From: a virus
Virus record (IMG/VR): IMGVR_UViG_3300006925_000014
Span: 3,008 to 67,007 of that record
DNA length: 64,000 nucleotides
Strand: one strand, 5' to 3'
Shown here one piece after another: positions 9,910-20,205 of the stretch (the stretch's first letter is position 1; the number at the start of each line of letters is the position of its first letter). Made by a program: the position numbers and the translations under genes. Below the pieces are notes generated by a model, which was given only the letters and a program-made list of their open reading frames with translations, was not told where the DNA came from and searched no databases.

Positions 9910-10983
9910 ATGGCAAGACAAAACATTTCAATTGGTGCAGCAGCAAATGATGGCACAGGTGATACCCTTAGAGGTGCTGGCACTAAGATTAATGATAACT
10001 TTACAGAACTTTATTCTGCACTAGGTGGTGATAGCACATCACTTGGTAATAATATTAGTTTTGATAGCACTGGTATCATTTTTTCCAATGACTCTAACTT
10101 CAGTGTTACTTTAGGACTGCTAGACTCAGCTCTTATGAGTAATAAGGTTGTCAGTCTTCCTAACAAGACTGGTGAGCTTGTCGTCATTGAAGGTACAGCA
10201 GGAAGTAGAAACGTTAATCTTGCAGACTCTCCTACTGGTGTTGCTGCAACACTATACTTTGGTAACTCCTTTGCTAATGCATCTGTACTTCCTTCTTCTA
10301 CTGTATATAATGGTATGTTTGGGTTCTTAGAAGACGAAGAAAGGGCTGTGGCAGCAGGTGGCACAAATGGTTGGGTAAGATTAATTGATAGTGACTTGTT
10401 ATCTACAGGAAACTATAGCATCACAACTAATGCTACTTTTAGTGGCATTACGTTAAATGATCCTAAGATGAAGACTATTATTCGTGACTCTGGTGATCAG
10501 CCAATTGTTCAATTGTCTACAGATGGAACACCTACTAATTATCTTAAAATTACTTCTACAGATTCCTCTCCAACTATTGGAGCAGAGGGTGGTACAGATG
10601 TAGGTGTAAATATTAAACCAAAGAATGATGGTGTTATTTGTTTTGACGGTAGGATTAAATACAACGTACAAAACATGACAGATGTTGATGACGTATTTGA
10701 TTCAGGTGCAGCATTATATATTATTAATGCAGCAACGTCTCATACTTTCAACTTCTTTGGCACAGGTTTTGAGGTTGGTGAAGTAAAGAAGGTTATTAAT
10801 AAGAGTGGTGCAAGTACAGTAACTATTCAGTGGCCTAACGGTCTTACATACTTTGCACATCCAGACGGTGGTTCCGGTTTTGTAGAAATGACAGGTAACG
10901 GATACTTTGAAACAATTTGGGACGGGGACCAATGGCATGTTAGCAAAGATTCGGACAAACTTGGTAAATTTGGAATTGGTTAA
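9910..10983 (+). CDS. gp9: Baseplate tail-fibre connector, gp9/gp10-like
   Basis: N-terminal IG..ANDGTGDTLR.AG.KINDNF.ELY motif of the gp9/gp10 family. Confidence 0.75.
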   Translation: MARQNISIGAAANDGTGDTLRGAGTKINDNFTELYSALGGDSTSLGNNISFDSTGIIFSNDSNFSVTLGLLDSALMSNKVVSLPNKTGELVVIEGTAGSRNVNLADSPTGVAATLYFGNSFANASVLPSSTVYNGMFGFLEDEERAVAAGGTNGWVRLIDSDLLSTGNYSITTNATFSGITLNDPKMKTIIRDSGDQPIVQLSTDGTPTNYLKITSTDSSPTIGAEGGTDVGVNIKPKNDGVICFDGRIKYNVQNMTDVDDVFDSGAALYIINAATSHTFNFFGTGFEVGEVKKVINKSGASTVTIQWPNGLTYFAHPDGGSGFVEMTGNGYFETIWDGDQWHVSKDSDKLGKFGIG

Positions 10984-11001
10984 AATAGGTAGTAAAAACA
11001 C

Positions 11002-12378
11002 ATGGTAGCAATCGTAACCGATGATTTAAAAAAAGTAGTTGTATCAGAATTAATTGCTGATGTAGGTGATTCTGCAAGCAACTATTATATTGGTATTGGT
11101 AAATCTGATCAATGGAATATTACCGATACTCCACCAACACCAGTTCCGACAGATAGAGAAGAAAGAGACTTTAGGGCAAATCTTCAGTCTGTCATTAAGA
11201 CTACTGATGTTAGCTATGTTGCTCCTAGATACAATTGGGCTTCTGGTACAACCTATCAGGCATATAGTGACGAAAAGACTGCAACTGGTACAAGTGCAAA
11301 TGGTCAGTACTATGTAATGACTGCATCAAACAGAGTTTACATTTGTTTGCAACAAGGTAAAGATGCCACTGGCACTCCACAGCCTTCTAGTGTTGACCCG
11401 GACACAACACTTACTACTACTAACCCCGGTGTTGCTACAGCAGATGGATATATCTGGAAGTATCTTTACACACAGTCTGCTTTGAGACTAAGTAAGTTTG
11501 GTTCTGCTAACTTTATTCCAGTAGAATTTGTTGGTAGTGGAGTGCTTACCTCTATTGAGACAGCACAGCAAAATGTTCAGAATGCTGCTATTCCGGGTTC
11601 TATTATTGGATACAAAGTGGTCTCTCCCGGCTCTGGATATGCTGTTAGTGATACTGTAACTATTCAGGGTAACGGTAGTTTTGCTAGAGCTAAGTTAACG
11701 GCTGATCCTGTATCTGGTGTTATCAGAAAAGTAGAGATTGATGACTCTACGGCAATTCCAGTTGGTTCAGGATATGACTTTGCTAATGTTAAAATCAATA
11801 CCTCTACAGGTACAGGTGCTGTAATTAGACCTGTTATCTCTAAGAAGGGTATTGGTGCTGATGCTAGAGAAGACCTTAGATCAAGGTCACTTATGTTTAA
11901 TGCAAAGATTGTAGGTGAAGCGGGTGATGGTGATTTTATTATTAACAATGATTTCAGACAAGTAGGTCTGATTAGAAACCCAACTATCCCTACAAGTCGG
12001 TCTGCTGCGGACTCAGACTTTACTGCAACTACTGGTTCTGCACTTAGAATTCTTACATTAGACTCTGCTATTACAACAGGTATTGAGGCAGATGATCTTC
12101 TGGTAGGTGATAATACAGGTGCAAAGGTATATGTAGATAAAGTTAATGGTCCACAAATTTCCTATCACCAAAACGACAACACAGGTTACTTAGCATTTAG
12201 CTCTGCTGATGTTGCAATCAATGACTCATTAGGAACCAGAACTGCTGCTGCTTTTGTATCAGACTCTAATGGTGAAGTCAATCCTTTCAGTGGAGAGGTG
12301 CTATATATTGAGAACAGAGCCGCAATCCTTCGCAGTAGTGTTGGTACTGAAGATATTAAAATGATTGTGCAGTTTTAA
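11002..12378 (+). CDS. gp8: Baseplate wedge subunit gp8
   Basis: YIGIGK..W, PRYNW.SG, VYICL, DGYIWKYLY, NDFRQVGLIRNP and SGEVLYIENR motifs. Confidence 0.9.
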   Translation: MVAIVTDDLKKVVVSELIADVGDSASNYYIGIGKSDQWNITDTPPTPVPTDREERDFRANLQSVIKTTDVSYVAPRYNWASGTTYQAYSDEKTATGTSANGQYYVMTASNRVYICLQQGKDATGTPQPSSVDPDTTLTTTNPGVATADGYIWKYLYTQSALRLSKFGSANFIPVEFVGSGVLTSIETAQQNVQNAAIPGSIIGYKVVSPGSGYAVSDTVTIQGNGSFARAKLTADPVSGVIRKVEIDDSTAIPVGSGYDFANVKINTSTGTGAVIRPVISKKGIGADAREDLRSRSLMFNAKIVGEAGDGDFIINNDFRQVGLIRNPTIPTSRSAADSDFTATTGSALRILTLDSAITTGIEADDLLVGDNTGAKVYVDKVNGPQISYHQNDNTGYLAFSSADVAINDSLGTRTAAAFVSDSNGEVNPFSGEVLYIENRAAILRSSVGTEDIKMIVQF

Positions 12379-12393
12379 AAGGTAAAATAAGAA

Positions 12394-15300
12394 ATGCCAA
12401 ATACGTTTAACGAAAATACATTTGCTACTACCTACAAGGATGATTATAGAGATAGTGATAACTATCACCGCATTCTGTTTAACTCTGGACGAGCCTTGCA
12501 AGCCAGAGAACTTACACAGGCACAGACAATCATCCAGAAAGAACTGGCAAGACTTGGTAGACATATCTTCAAGGAAGGTGCTGTTGTAAACCCCGGTGGG
12601 TTGATGGTAGATGATGCATATGAGTTTGTTAAACTTGCTGATGCTTCTCCTTCTCTTTACCCCGGTGATATTCTCACTGCCACTTCATCTAATGGCGTAC
12701 AGGCAGAAGTGCTTGAACTGGTAGAGCAAGAGGGCAGTGACCCTGCTACAGTTTACGTTAAATATATTAATACTGGCTCCGCTACATCTGGCTCTGCTCC
12801 TGTAAGATTTACTGCTGGTCAGGCTCTAGACAATGGTGACGAATCTGGTCAAGCGGGTTCCAGTTCCGTAACGGTTGCCCCTGCTACGCAGAACCCTGTG
12901 GTGGGAAAAGGATTTAAGGTATCTGTGAACTTGGGTGGATACTTTACCAGAGGACATTTTGTACAGTCCTTACCTCAAGGTGTTATCATTAGCAAATACA
13001 GCAACACTCCAACTACAAATGTCGGCTTCTTAATCTCAGAAGACATTGTTACTGTTGCTGATACTAATGATCTTTATGACAACCAGCTTGGATATGCCAA
13101 CGAGACTGCACCGGGTGCAGACAGATATAGAATTAGACTTACTCTGGCAAACCAAGACTTGGTAGACTCTGCTGATAACTTTATTGTTATTAATAGATTT
13201 GTCAATGGTGTTATGCAGCAAGAAATTGATGAAAATGATAATTACAACATTATTGGTGATGAACTTGCACAGAGAACCAAAGAAGAGTCTGGTAGTTACA
13301 CGGTAGAAGACTTTGATGTTAAATTTAGACCAAGTAAGTCTGGTGCAGATTTTCTTGATTTAGAAGTATCTCCCGGTCTGGCATATGTAAATGGATATAG
13401 GATTTCTAAGCCAGCATCTTCTATTATTACTGTAGAAAAACCTAGAACTACAGAAACATTTAATAATGAAAATATTCCGGTAAGCTATGGTAACTATGTT
13501 ATAACTACTGGCACTGTAGGATTACCAAATATTAATGCGTTTGAAATTAACAGACTATATGATGCTGCTGATGTAGGTGGTTCTGTTATTGGTAACTGTA
13601 AGGTTAGAGCAGTAGAGTCTCAAGGAAACGGCACTTACAGATACTATATCTTTGATGTACAGTTAGCGGCTGGTCAAAACTTTAGAGATACTAGAAGTAT
13701 TGGCATAAACGGGACTAACTATGCCAACATTAAAATTGATGATACCAATAATATTGCAGTAATCAGAGAAGAAACAAATAACAATGTATTCTTTGATCTT
13801 CCTAGAAAAAGACCATCTTCTGTGGAAGACTTTGACCTGACAGTACAAAGACGTTTCATGCAGACAGCATCTAGTAGTCAGATTTCCTTTACACTAAGTG
13901 GTGCAGAGACTTTTGTTGATACTACTCTTTGGATTGTTACAAGAAGTGATACAGGTGCAGTTGTAACACTCTCACCAAGTGATATTGTTCTTACTGGTGA
14001 TTCTAAGCAAGTAACTATTACGGTTCCTACTGATGCAATTGCCTATGAAGTGTTGGCATATGTAGACAAAGGTTCTGATGCTATTCAGAGAACAAAGTCC
14101 AAGACATTTGGTGGTACTGCTACACTCACCTTTGATAGTGATGGCAACGGTATTCGTTTTGCTGAACTTCCTAATACTGACATTTATGAATTCTTAGAAA
14201 TTTTAGATTTTGATAGTAATGACATTAGCTCTAATGTAACTACAGATAATGGTCAGAGAGATAACTTCTACCAGAAAGGTAGAGTGGTTCTTAGAGGTGG
14301 CTTGTCATTACCAAAGAACAATACAGTTAAAGTCAAGTACAATTACTTTGAGCATACAGCAGGGGATTTCTTCTCCCGTAACTCCTACATTGGTGCTGTT
14401 GCATATGAAGACATTCCTGCCTACAGAATGCAGAATGGTTTTGAGGTAGAGTTAAGAGACGTACTTGATTTCAGAAGTGTTAAGGATAGTGTAAGCACTG
14501 GTCATGATGGTGCAGAAGCAATTGTTACACCACTCCCAAGAAACACAAGTGCTATTGGTGCAGATATTACTTACTATGACCCAAGAAATGATATTCTGGT
14601 AGTAACAGAAGAGGGTGATATTCAATATATCACTGGTGAACCAAACATTAATCCAGTAATCCCTTCTGTCCCAAGCACTGCTATGCACACTCATAGCTTT
14701 GCGTTAAATGCTTACACAGATAATGAAGATGATCTTGGTGTAAAACCTGTTGACAACAGAAGATATACTATGCGTGATATTGGTAATATTGTTAAGCGCA
14801 TTGATAATCTTGAAGAAGTGACTACTCTTTCACTGTTAGAACTTGAAACGTCTTCTTTGGAAGTTCTGGACTCTTCTGGCAATAATAGATTTAAAAATGG
14901 TTTCTTTGCGGACAACTTCAAAGACCTAGCTTTTGCTGATATCTTTGCTACAGATTACAGTGCTTCTCATGATGTTCTTGACGGAACAATCATGCCTAGC
15001 ATTGGTCAGAACAGTGTTAGATTGATTGTAGACTCTGATGCTTCTGTTTCTGCTAATACTGTTAGAAAGGGTGACTTTATTTATCTTTCCTACAATGAGG
15101 TAAATGAAATTGACCAGAATGTTGCAACAGAAACAATGAACATTAACCCATTTGCGGTTATCAATTTCATTGGACAGCTTGAACTTTCTCCCGACCAAGA
15201 TCAGTGGAGAGAAGACGTATTCCTTGAAGCACCTAGAGCGCAGAGAAGACAGCGCCTTAGAAGACGCAGGGGTAGAGATATTACTCCTAGAAGAAGAAGA

Positions 15301-17655
15301 CGCAGAGCTAGATTTATCCAAAGACCTATCCCAATAAGAGATACTGGTCCAGACAATATTGGTGGTCAACCAAATATTGGTTCTCTAACGTCTTTTGATG
15401 GTTTGGAGTTAGGTCAATTCATTGATACTCCTGACAGAAGATTATCTTCTACTAGCAGAACACGCACATCTAGAACAGGTAATAGAATTACAACTACAAC
15501 CACATCGGTTACCAGAACTCTTATTGGTCGTAGGGTTGTAGACATTTCTCTGTTACCATTTATTAGACACAGAAAAGTATTCTTCAGAGGTACTGGTTTG
15601 GCTCCTGACAGAGAACACTTCTTGTTCTTTGATGGAGAAGGAATGTCTGACTATGCAAAGACAGAAGCATTCCAGTCCTTTAGTGACAGTGGTGGTAATG
15701 TTGAACAGAACTATATGGGTGGTCAGTGGCAGAATAACACGACACACCCACAAGGTACAGGTGCACTGACCACAGATGCATTTGGTACAGTTACTGGTTC
15801 GTTCTTCCTGCCAAACAATGACACTCTTAGATTTGATGCTGGCATTAAACCAGTAAAACTTCTAGATGTAAATACGGATGACGATAATGCTGCACTTTCT
15901 CAGGCTCATGCTACTTATGAAGCACAGGGTGTAAAGGTCACACTTGAGGATGTGGTATCTACAACTAGAAGATCACGTTCTAGAACTAGAATTCTTCCAA
16001 GACCTAGAAACAGAGACCCACTAGCACAGTCTTTCTGGATTCAAAATACAAATGGTGGATACCTTACCTCTATTGACGTATACTTTGCGAAGAAGCCTGA
16101 TGGCGTTAATGACAATACACCTGTACAACTGGAACTGAGACCGTTGCGCAATGGTGTACCTTCTCAGGAAGAGATTGTTCCGGGTGGCATTGTAACACTT
16201 AATCCAAATGATGTTAATGCTGTTTCCTTGGCTAGTGCAGTTGCACTTGGTGAAGGCGCAATGGCAGAAATTAGACAAAATGCTAAAACTACCTTTACCT
16301 TTGATAGACCACTTTATGTAGAAGGTAATACACAGTATGCATTTGTTCTGATTGCAAACACAACTAACTATGAAGTTTATGTCTCTGAAATTGAGGATTT
16401 CCTTGTAGGTTCTAATACCAGAAGAGTTAGAAAGCAACCTTCCTTGGGTTCCTTGTTCAAGTCTCAAAACTCTATTACATGGTCACCAGACCAGAGACGT
16501 GATATGATGTTCAGAATTAACAGAGCAGACTTCTCTACTTCTGGTACAGCATATCTGGAAAATGCTCCGGGTGTTCCTGCACTGCTGGCTAGTGATCCTA
16601 TCATGCTTGATAGTGTAGTAGCAAACGATAGTGATGTTGTATTGTTCTTCCCTAACCACGGTTACTCAATCAACGATACTATTGAACTGCATGGACTTGA
16701 TTCCAATACAAGTTACGGTGACCTTTCTGGGGCAAGCTTGCTTGGTGAAAGAACTGTTACAAAGATAGATGCACAGAGCCTGACATTCAAGTCTGACTCA
16801 GTATCTACTAGAACATCCTTTATTGGTGGTTCAGGTATTTCTATTGAGAGACAAGTTATTATGGATGAGGTTACTCCGGTAATTGACTTCTTCTCACTTC
16901 CTGCTACATCTGCTACATTTAATGCTAGGTTTACTGACTTTATTTCTATTCCACAGGCAAATGATTCTACTAACACAGCATACGGTGTACCAAGTACAGG
17001 GTTTAACTTTATCCCTAACGAAACCATTGTATTTGAATACCCAAGAGTGGTAGCTAATACCTATCAGGAAAGAGATGAAGCAACACTTGGTGGGGCAAAT
17101 AAGAAGTCTGTGGCAATTTCTGCTGCACTTTCTACCAATGACACCTATGTATCTCCATTGATTGATTTGACAACTGCTTCTCTGGAAGCAATCAACAATA
17201 TTATTGATAACCCTGTAGACTCTGATGGTGCAGTAGATACAGCAAACACTGTAAACTTCCCAATTGAGTTTGCAGCAGAAACTGATCCTGATGGCACTGC
17301 TGCTGCTAAACATGTAACTATCCCTGTAGGGCTGGCAGAAGCAGCTGTTGGTCTTAAAGTATTTGTTGGTGCTAATGTTCCTACAGTAGCAGACATTGAC
17401 TTGTACTACAGAACACTGTCTCCGGGTGAAGATGTTGAACTTGATACAGTAAATTATATTAAGGCAACACCTGATAATGAATTGCCAAAGTCTGATAATC
17501 GTGATACCTTTAGAGAATACCAGTACACAATTGGTGGACTTGCAGGTACGCTCAATCCATTTACAACATTCCAGTTAAAGATTGTAATGCGGTCGCAAAA
17601 TTCTTCTAAAGTTCCTCGTATTAAAGACATTAGATCGATTGCATTGGGTACATAA
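12394..17655 (+). CDS. Large virion structural protein (DUF4815/VrlC-like)
   Basis: YHRILF..GRALQARELTQ.Q, RYTMRDIG..RI.NLE..T.LSLLE, INPFAV, DPLAQSF and GSLFKSQN motifs typical of marine T4-like phages. Confidence 0.85.
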   Translation: MPNTFNENTFATTYKDDYRDSDNYHRILFNSGRALQARELTQAQTIIQKELARLGRHIFKEGAVVNPGGLMVDDAYEFVKLADASPSLYPGDILTATSSNGVQAEVLELVEQEGSDPATVYVKYINTGSATSGSAPVRFTAGQALDNGDESGQAGSSSVTVAPATQNPVVGKGFKVSVNLGGYFTRGHFVQSLPQGVIISKYSNTPTTNVGFLISEDIVTVADTNDLYDNQLGYANETAPGADRYRIRLTLANQDLVDSADNFIVINRFVNGVMQQEIDENDNYNIIGDELAQRTKEESGSYTVEDFDVKFRPSKSGADFLDLEVSPGLAYVNGYRISKPASSIITVEKPRTTETFNNENIPVSYGNYVITTGTVGLPNINAFEINRLYDAADVGGSVIGNCKVRAVESQGNGTYRYYIFDVQLAAGQNFRDTRSIGINGTNYANIKIDDTNNIAVIREETNNNVFFDLPRKRPSSVEDFDLTVQRRFMQTASSSQISFTLSGAETFVDTTLWIVTRSDTGAVVTLSPSDIVLTGDSKQVTITVPTDAIAYEVLAYVDKGSDAIQRTKSKTFGGTATLTFDSDGNGIRFAELPNTDIYEFLEILDFDSNDISSNVTTDNGQRDNFYQKGRVVLRGGLSLPKNNTVKVKYNYFEHTAGDFFSRNSYIGAVAYEDIPAYRMQNGFEVELRDVLDFRSVKDSVSTGHDGAEAIVTPLPRNTSAIGADITYYDPRNDILVVTEEGDIQYITGEPNINPVIPSVPSTAMHTHSFALNAYTDNEDDLGVKPVDNRRYTMRDIGNIVKRIDNLEEVTTLSLLELETSSLEVLDSSGNNRFKNGFFADNFKDLAFADIFATDYSASHDVLDGTIMPSIGQNSVRLIVDSDASVSANTVRKGDFIYLSYNEVNEIDQNVATETMNINPFAVINFIGQLELSPDQDQWREDVFLEAPRAQRRQRLRRRRGRDITPRRRRRRARFIQRPIPIRDTGPDNIGGQPNIGSLTSFDGLELGQFIDTPDRRLSSTSRTRTSRTGNRITTTTTSVTRTLIGRRVVDISLLPFIRHRKVFFRGTGLAPDREHFLFFDGEGMSDYAKTEAFQSFSDSGGNVEQNYMGGQWQNNTTHPQGTGALTTDAFGTVTGSFFLPNNDTLRFDAGIKPVKLLDVNTDDDNAALSQAHATYEAQGVKVTLEDVVSTTRRSRSRTRILPRPRNRDPLAQSFWIQNTNGGYLTSIDVYFAKKPDGVNDNTPVQLELRPLRNGVPSQEEIVPGGIVTLNPNDVNAVSLASAVALGEGAMAEIRQNAKTTFTFDRPLYVEGNTQYAFVLIANTTNYEVYVSEIEDFLVGSNTRRVRKQPSLGSLFKSQNSITWSPDQRRDMMFRINRADFSTSGTAYLENAPGVPALLASDPIMLDSVVANDSDVVLFFPNHGYSINDTIELHGLDSNTSYGDLSGASLLGERTVTKIDAQSLTFKSDSVSTRTSFIGGSGISIERQVIMDEVTPVIDFFSLPATSATFNARFTDFISIPQANDSTNTAYGVPSTGFNFIPNETIVFEYPRVVANTYQERDEATLGGANKKSVAISAALSTNDTYVSPLIDLTTASLEAINNIIDNPVDSDGAVDTANTVNFPIEFAAETDPDGTAAAKHVTIPVGLAEAAVGLKVFVGANVPTVADIDLYYRTLSPGEDVELDTVNYIKATPDNELPKSDNRDTFREYQYTIGGLAGTLNPFTTFQLKIVMRSQNSSKVPRIKDIRSIALGT

Positions 17656-17657
17656 CT

Positions 17658-17867
17658 ATGCAGAATGATTATGTACCAGTTGAGGGCAGTCCCGGATTAG
17701 TCAGAGATAAGGCTACCGGGGCTATTATAAATACAGATAAATCAGGTCTACAGGCTGCAAAAGCAAGAAAGCTTGCTCAAAAGCAGGACAGAGAAAGATT
17801 AGATAAAATAGAAAATGATGTAAGTGAAATTAAAAAATTTTTGGAGAAACTGGTAAATGACAACTGA
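17658..17867 (+). CDS. Small conserved phage protein with coiled-coil C-terminus
   Basis: VEG.PGLVRD..TGAIIN motif, usually found after DUF4815 genes. Confidence 0.7.
   Translation: MQNDYVPVEGSPGLVRDKATGAIINTDKSGLQAAKARKLAQKQDRERLDKIENDVSEIKKFLEKLVNDN
17726..17733 (+). promoter_or_regulatory. Possible late promoter
   Basis: TATAAATA inside the small ORF, about 125 nt upstream of the 17857 gene. Confidence 0.5.
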
Positions 17868-19113
17868 TAGTTTTCCTTTAAGATTAGACACTAGCACAGG
17901 TGTTATCAAGTTTATTGAAACGGATTCAGATGACTTGATTGTCTTAGCTGCAAAGTGTGGATTATATCTTGCTAGTACATATGACTCTGCTTATAGAGGA
18001 AGGTGGGAATTCAAATCTTCGCCAAGCGAAGTAGGATTTGTTGGTACTATTGAGGATACTCACTATGAAAACAATTCCCCATCGGCAGTGATTGATTCGG
18101 CCGGATTTGGACCACTTTCTATTACATACCATTTGGGGTTAGTTGATACTAATAATGTTAACCAAAAACAACCTCCCTCCGGTGATACTATTGTACATCC
18201 TTTAAGGTTTGATAGAACTTTAAATGGGTTGCAGGAAATTGGTGATTCAGGCGGTAACGATGAAGCCTATACACATTTACAAGATACTCTTATCAGTTTA
18301 ATGTATCAACATGACTTGCCGGGTGTGTATAGGATGGCTCCAAGTTTTACTGTAGATTTTGATTCAGGTTCTACTGGATTTGCAACTACTTTAGATTCAG
18401 TAGGTGCTGTACAGGAAGATTATTTGGATAGTGATGAATGGACACTTGCACTAGATATTCCTCAAGAGTTTAAGGGGAGTAATCAAAATGATGAGATTTC
18501 TGAAAGAGTTAGAATTTACCAAAAGACAGGAATCACACCGGGGTCTGCTACTGATACACTAATCAATAGTAAAAGACCAGATGGTGGATTAAGATTGCTC
18601 AAAAGTAGAGCAATTGGGCCTATCTTTATTGGTGTGGGAACAATGGCTGGTAACGATGAAACATCACCTAACTTAGAAATACAGGAATATTTTGCAGGTG
18701 GTCTTTTAAATAGACTTTTTAAAAATCAAGGTACGAGTAGAGCAGGGAATTTCCAATTCACATATAGTTCAACTCCACCTGCTGGATATAGAAATATTGG
18801 AAAATACTTGGACTTGCGCCCGGCTATTGTAAGCAGTGGTGGTGTTGTTGCTGACTTCGACCTATCTGGCGGGAGCCCGACAGGTGGTGGACAATTTTCT
18901 AATACGTTTGCATATAGATACGTTGTAACCAACACCGGCTACCAAGATCAACGTAATGTGGCATATGGCTCGGCAAATACTAATCAGTGGAGGCGGGGAA
19001 GAGCCTATACTATTTTTAGTAGACGTACTGCATATAGAACAAAATATTTTAGTCCAACAACATCAGATCAACAAAAAAATCACCAAACCTATTATTTACA
19101 TGTAAAAATCTAG
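17857..19113 (+). CDS. Hypothetical virion protein
   Basis: 418-aa ORF in the late operon; DS-rich acidic N-half and basic, aromatic C-terminus. Confidence 0.6.
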   Translation: MTTDSFPLRLDTSTGVIKFIETDSDDLIVLAAKCGLYLASTYDSAYRGRWEFKSSPSEVGFVGTIEDTHYENNSPSAVIDSAGFGPLSITYHLGLVDTNNVNQKQPPSGDTIVHPLRFDRTLNGLQEIGDSGGNDEAYTHLQDTLISLMYQHDLPGVYRMAPSFTVDFDSGSTGFATTLDSVGAVQEDYLDSDEWTLALDIPQEFKGSNQNDEISERVRIYQKTGITPGSATDTLINSKRPDGGLRLLKSRAIGPIFIGVGTMAGNDETSPNLEIQEYFAGGLLNRLFKNQGTSRAGNFQFTYSSTPPAGYRNIGKYLDLRPAIVSSGGVVADFDLSGGSPTGGGQFSNTFAYRYVVTNTGYQDQRNVAYGSANTNQWRRGRAYTIFSRRTAYRTKYFSPTTSDQQKNHQTYYLHVKI

Positions 19114-19127
19114 GAGATGTCTTTACT

Positions 19128-19604
19128 ATGCAAACACAGAATGAAATTTTGAGAAAAAAGTATTTTAATCCTGTTTGGGTGAACTTTGACAAAACAACAT
19201 TAGAAGTCCGTGAAAAAACAAAAATTGGTAAAATTAAAAAAGAGCAGTGCCTAGTTGTTACTAAGTGGGATGATGAAGATGAAACAAAAATAAACCCACT
19301 TTTTGAAACAATTACCAACATCTATTCTATAGAAGAAATTGATAACTTTACAGAAAAATTTAATGATGAAGTGAAAGAAAATATCAAAAAAGAATCGGCA
19401 CAAAGAGAAGAAGAAGAAGAGGTAAAAAGACTAAGAGAATTATTTAATGTAAAACTAGATATTTTTAATATTTCATCTATTAATGAATCTAGTGATAAAG
19501 AAATGAAATCTTTGATTAGAAAATCAAAGTCTAATATTGAAGCAATTGCTTTTGCTGTAATTTTAATGATGAAAGAAATGAAAAATAAAGATGAAGACAA
19601 TTGA
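19128..19604 (+). CDS. Hypothetical protein (AT-rich cassette)
   Basis: AGGAG RBS; 158-aa K/E-rich ORF. Confidence 0.65.
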   Translation: MQTQNEILRKKYFNPVWVNFDKTTLEVREKTKIGKIKKEQCLVVTKWDDEDETKINPLFETITNIYSIEEIDNFTEKFNDEVKENIKKESAQREEEEEVKRLRELFNVKLDIFNISSINESSDKEMKSLIRKSKSNIEAIAFAVILMMKEMKNKDEDN

Positions 19605-20205
19605 AGTAAAAAATGATTATGTACTTTCACTATTAGATTCAATAGAAAATTATTTATTGGATGTGGATTGTGATTCTTTAGAGATTGATCAGGGAGAATT
19701 CTTAAATCTAAAAGATGATAAATTATCTGACAAATATTTAAAACAAATTATGAATGCTGGAAAGAGTCATGAGGGATATCCTTTATTTCAGCCAAAATAT
19801 GTTTTACCAGTAGAATTATTTAAATACATTCATAAGCACACTACTGAGTTAACTGAATATATGTTCTCTGAAAGAGTGTGTTTAGATTTGCTGTATCCAC
19901 CAAAATCATATTGTAGTTGGCATAATAATGCCAATGCACCGGGTAATGCAATAATGTTTTCTTGGTCTAAAACAGGAGAAGGTGATTTTAGATATTGGGA
20001 TAATGATAAAAAAGAAGTAATCTATATTCCAGATAAAAAAGGATGGAATGTAAAGTTTTTTAATTTTGGTGATTATAATCAACCCGAAAAGTTAACGTAT
20101 CATGCATCTTCTAATGAGTGTTTAAGATATAGTATGGGATTCAATTTTATAACAGAAAAGCAAGTATTAGATGAAACAGTAGAATTGTTAACTAACGATG
20201 AATAA
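19591..20205 (+). CDS. Putative cupin/2OG-Fe(II) oxygenase-like protein
   Basis: YPP..YCSWHNNAN, G.G.FRY, YHA and R.S.G pattern consistent with a double-stranded beta-helix fold. Confidence 0.5.
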   Translation: MKTIEVKNDYVLSLLDSIENYLLDVDCDSLEIDQGEFLNLKDDKLSDKYLKQIMNAGKSHEGYPLFQPKYVLPVELFKYIHKHTTELTEYMFSERVCLDLLYPPKSYCSWHNNANAPGNAIMFSWSKTGEGDFRYWDNDKKEVIYIPDKKGWNVKFFNFGDYNQPEKLTYHASSNECLRYSMGFNFITEKQVLDETVELLTNDE

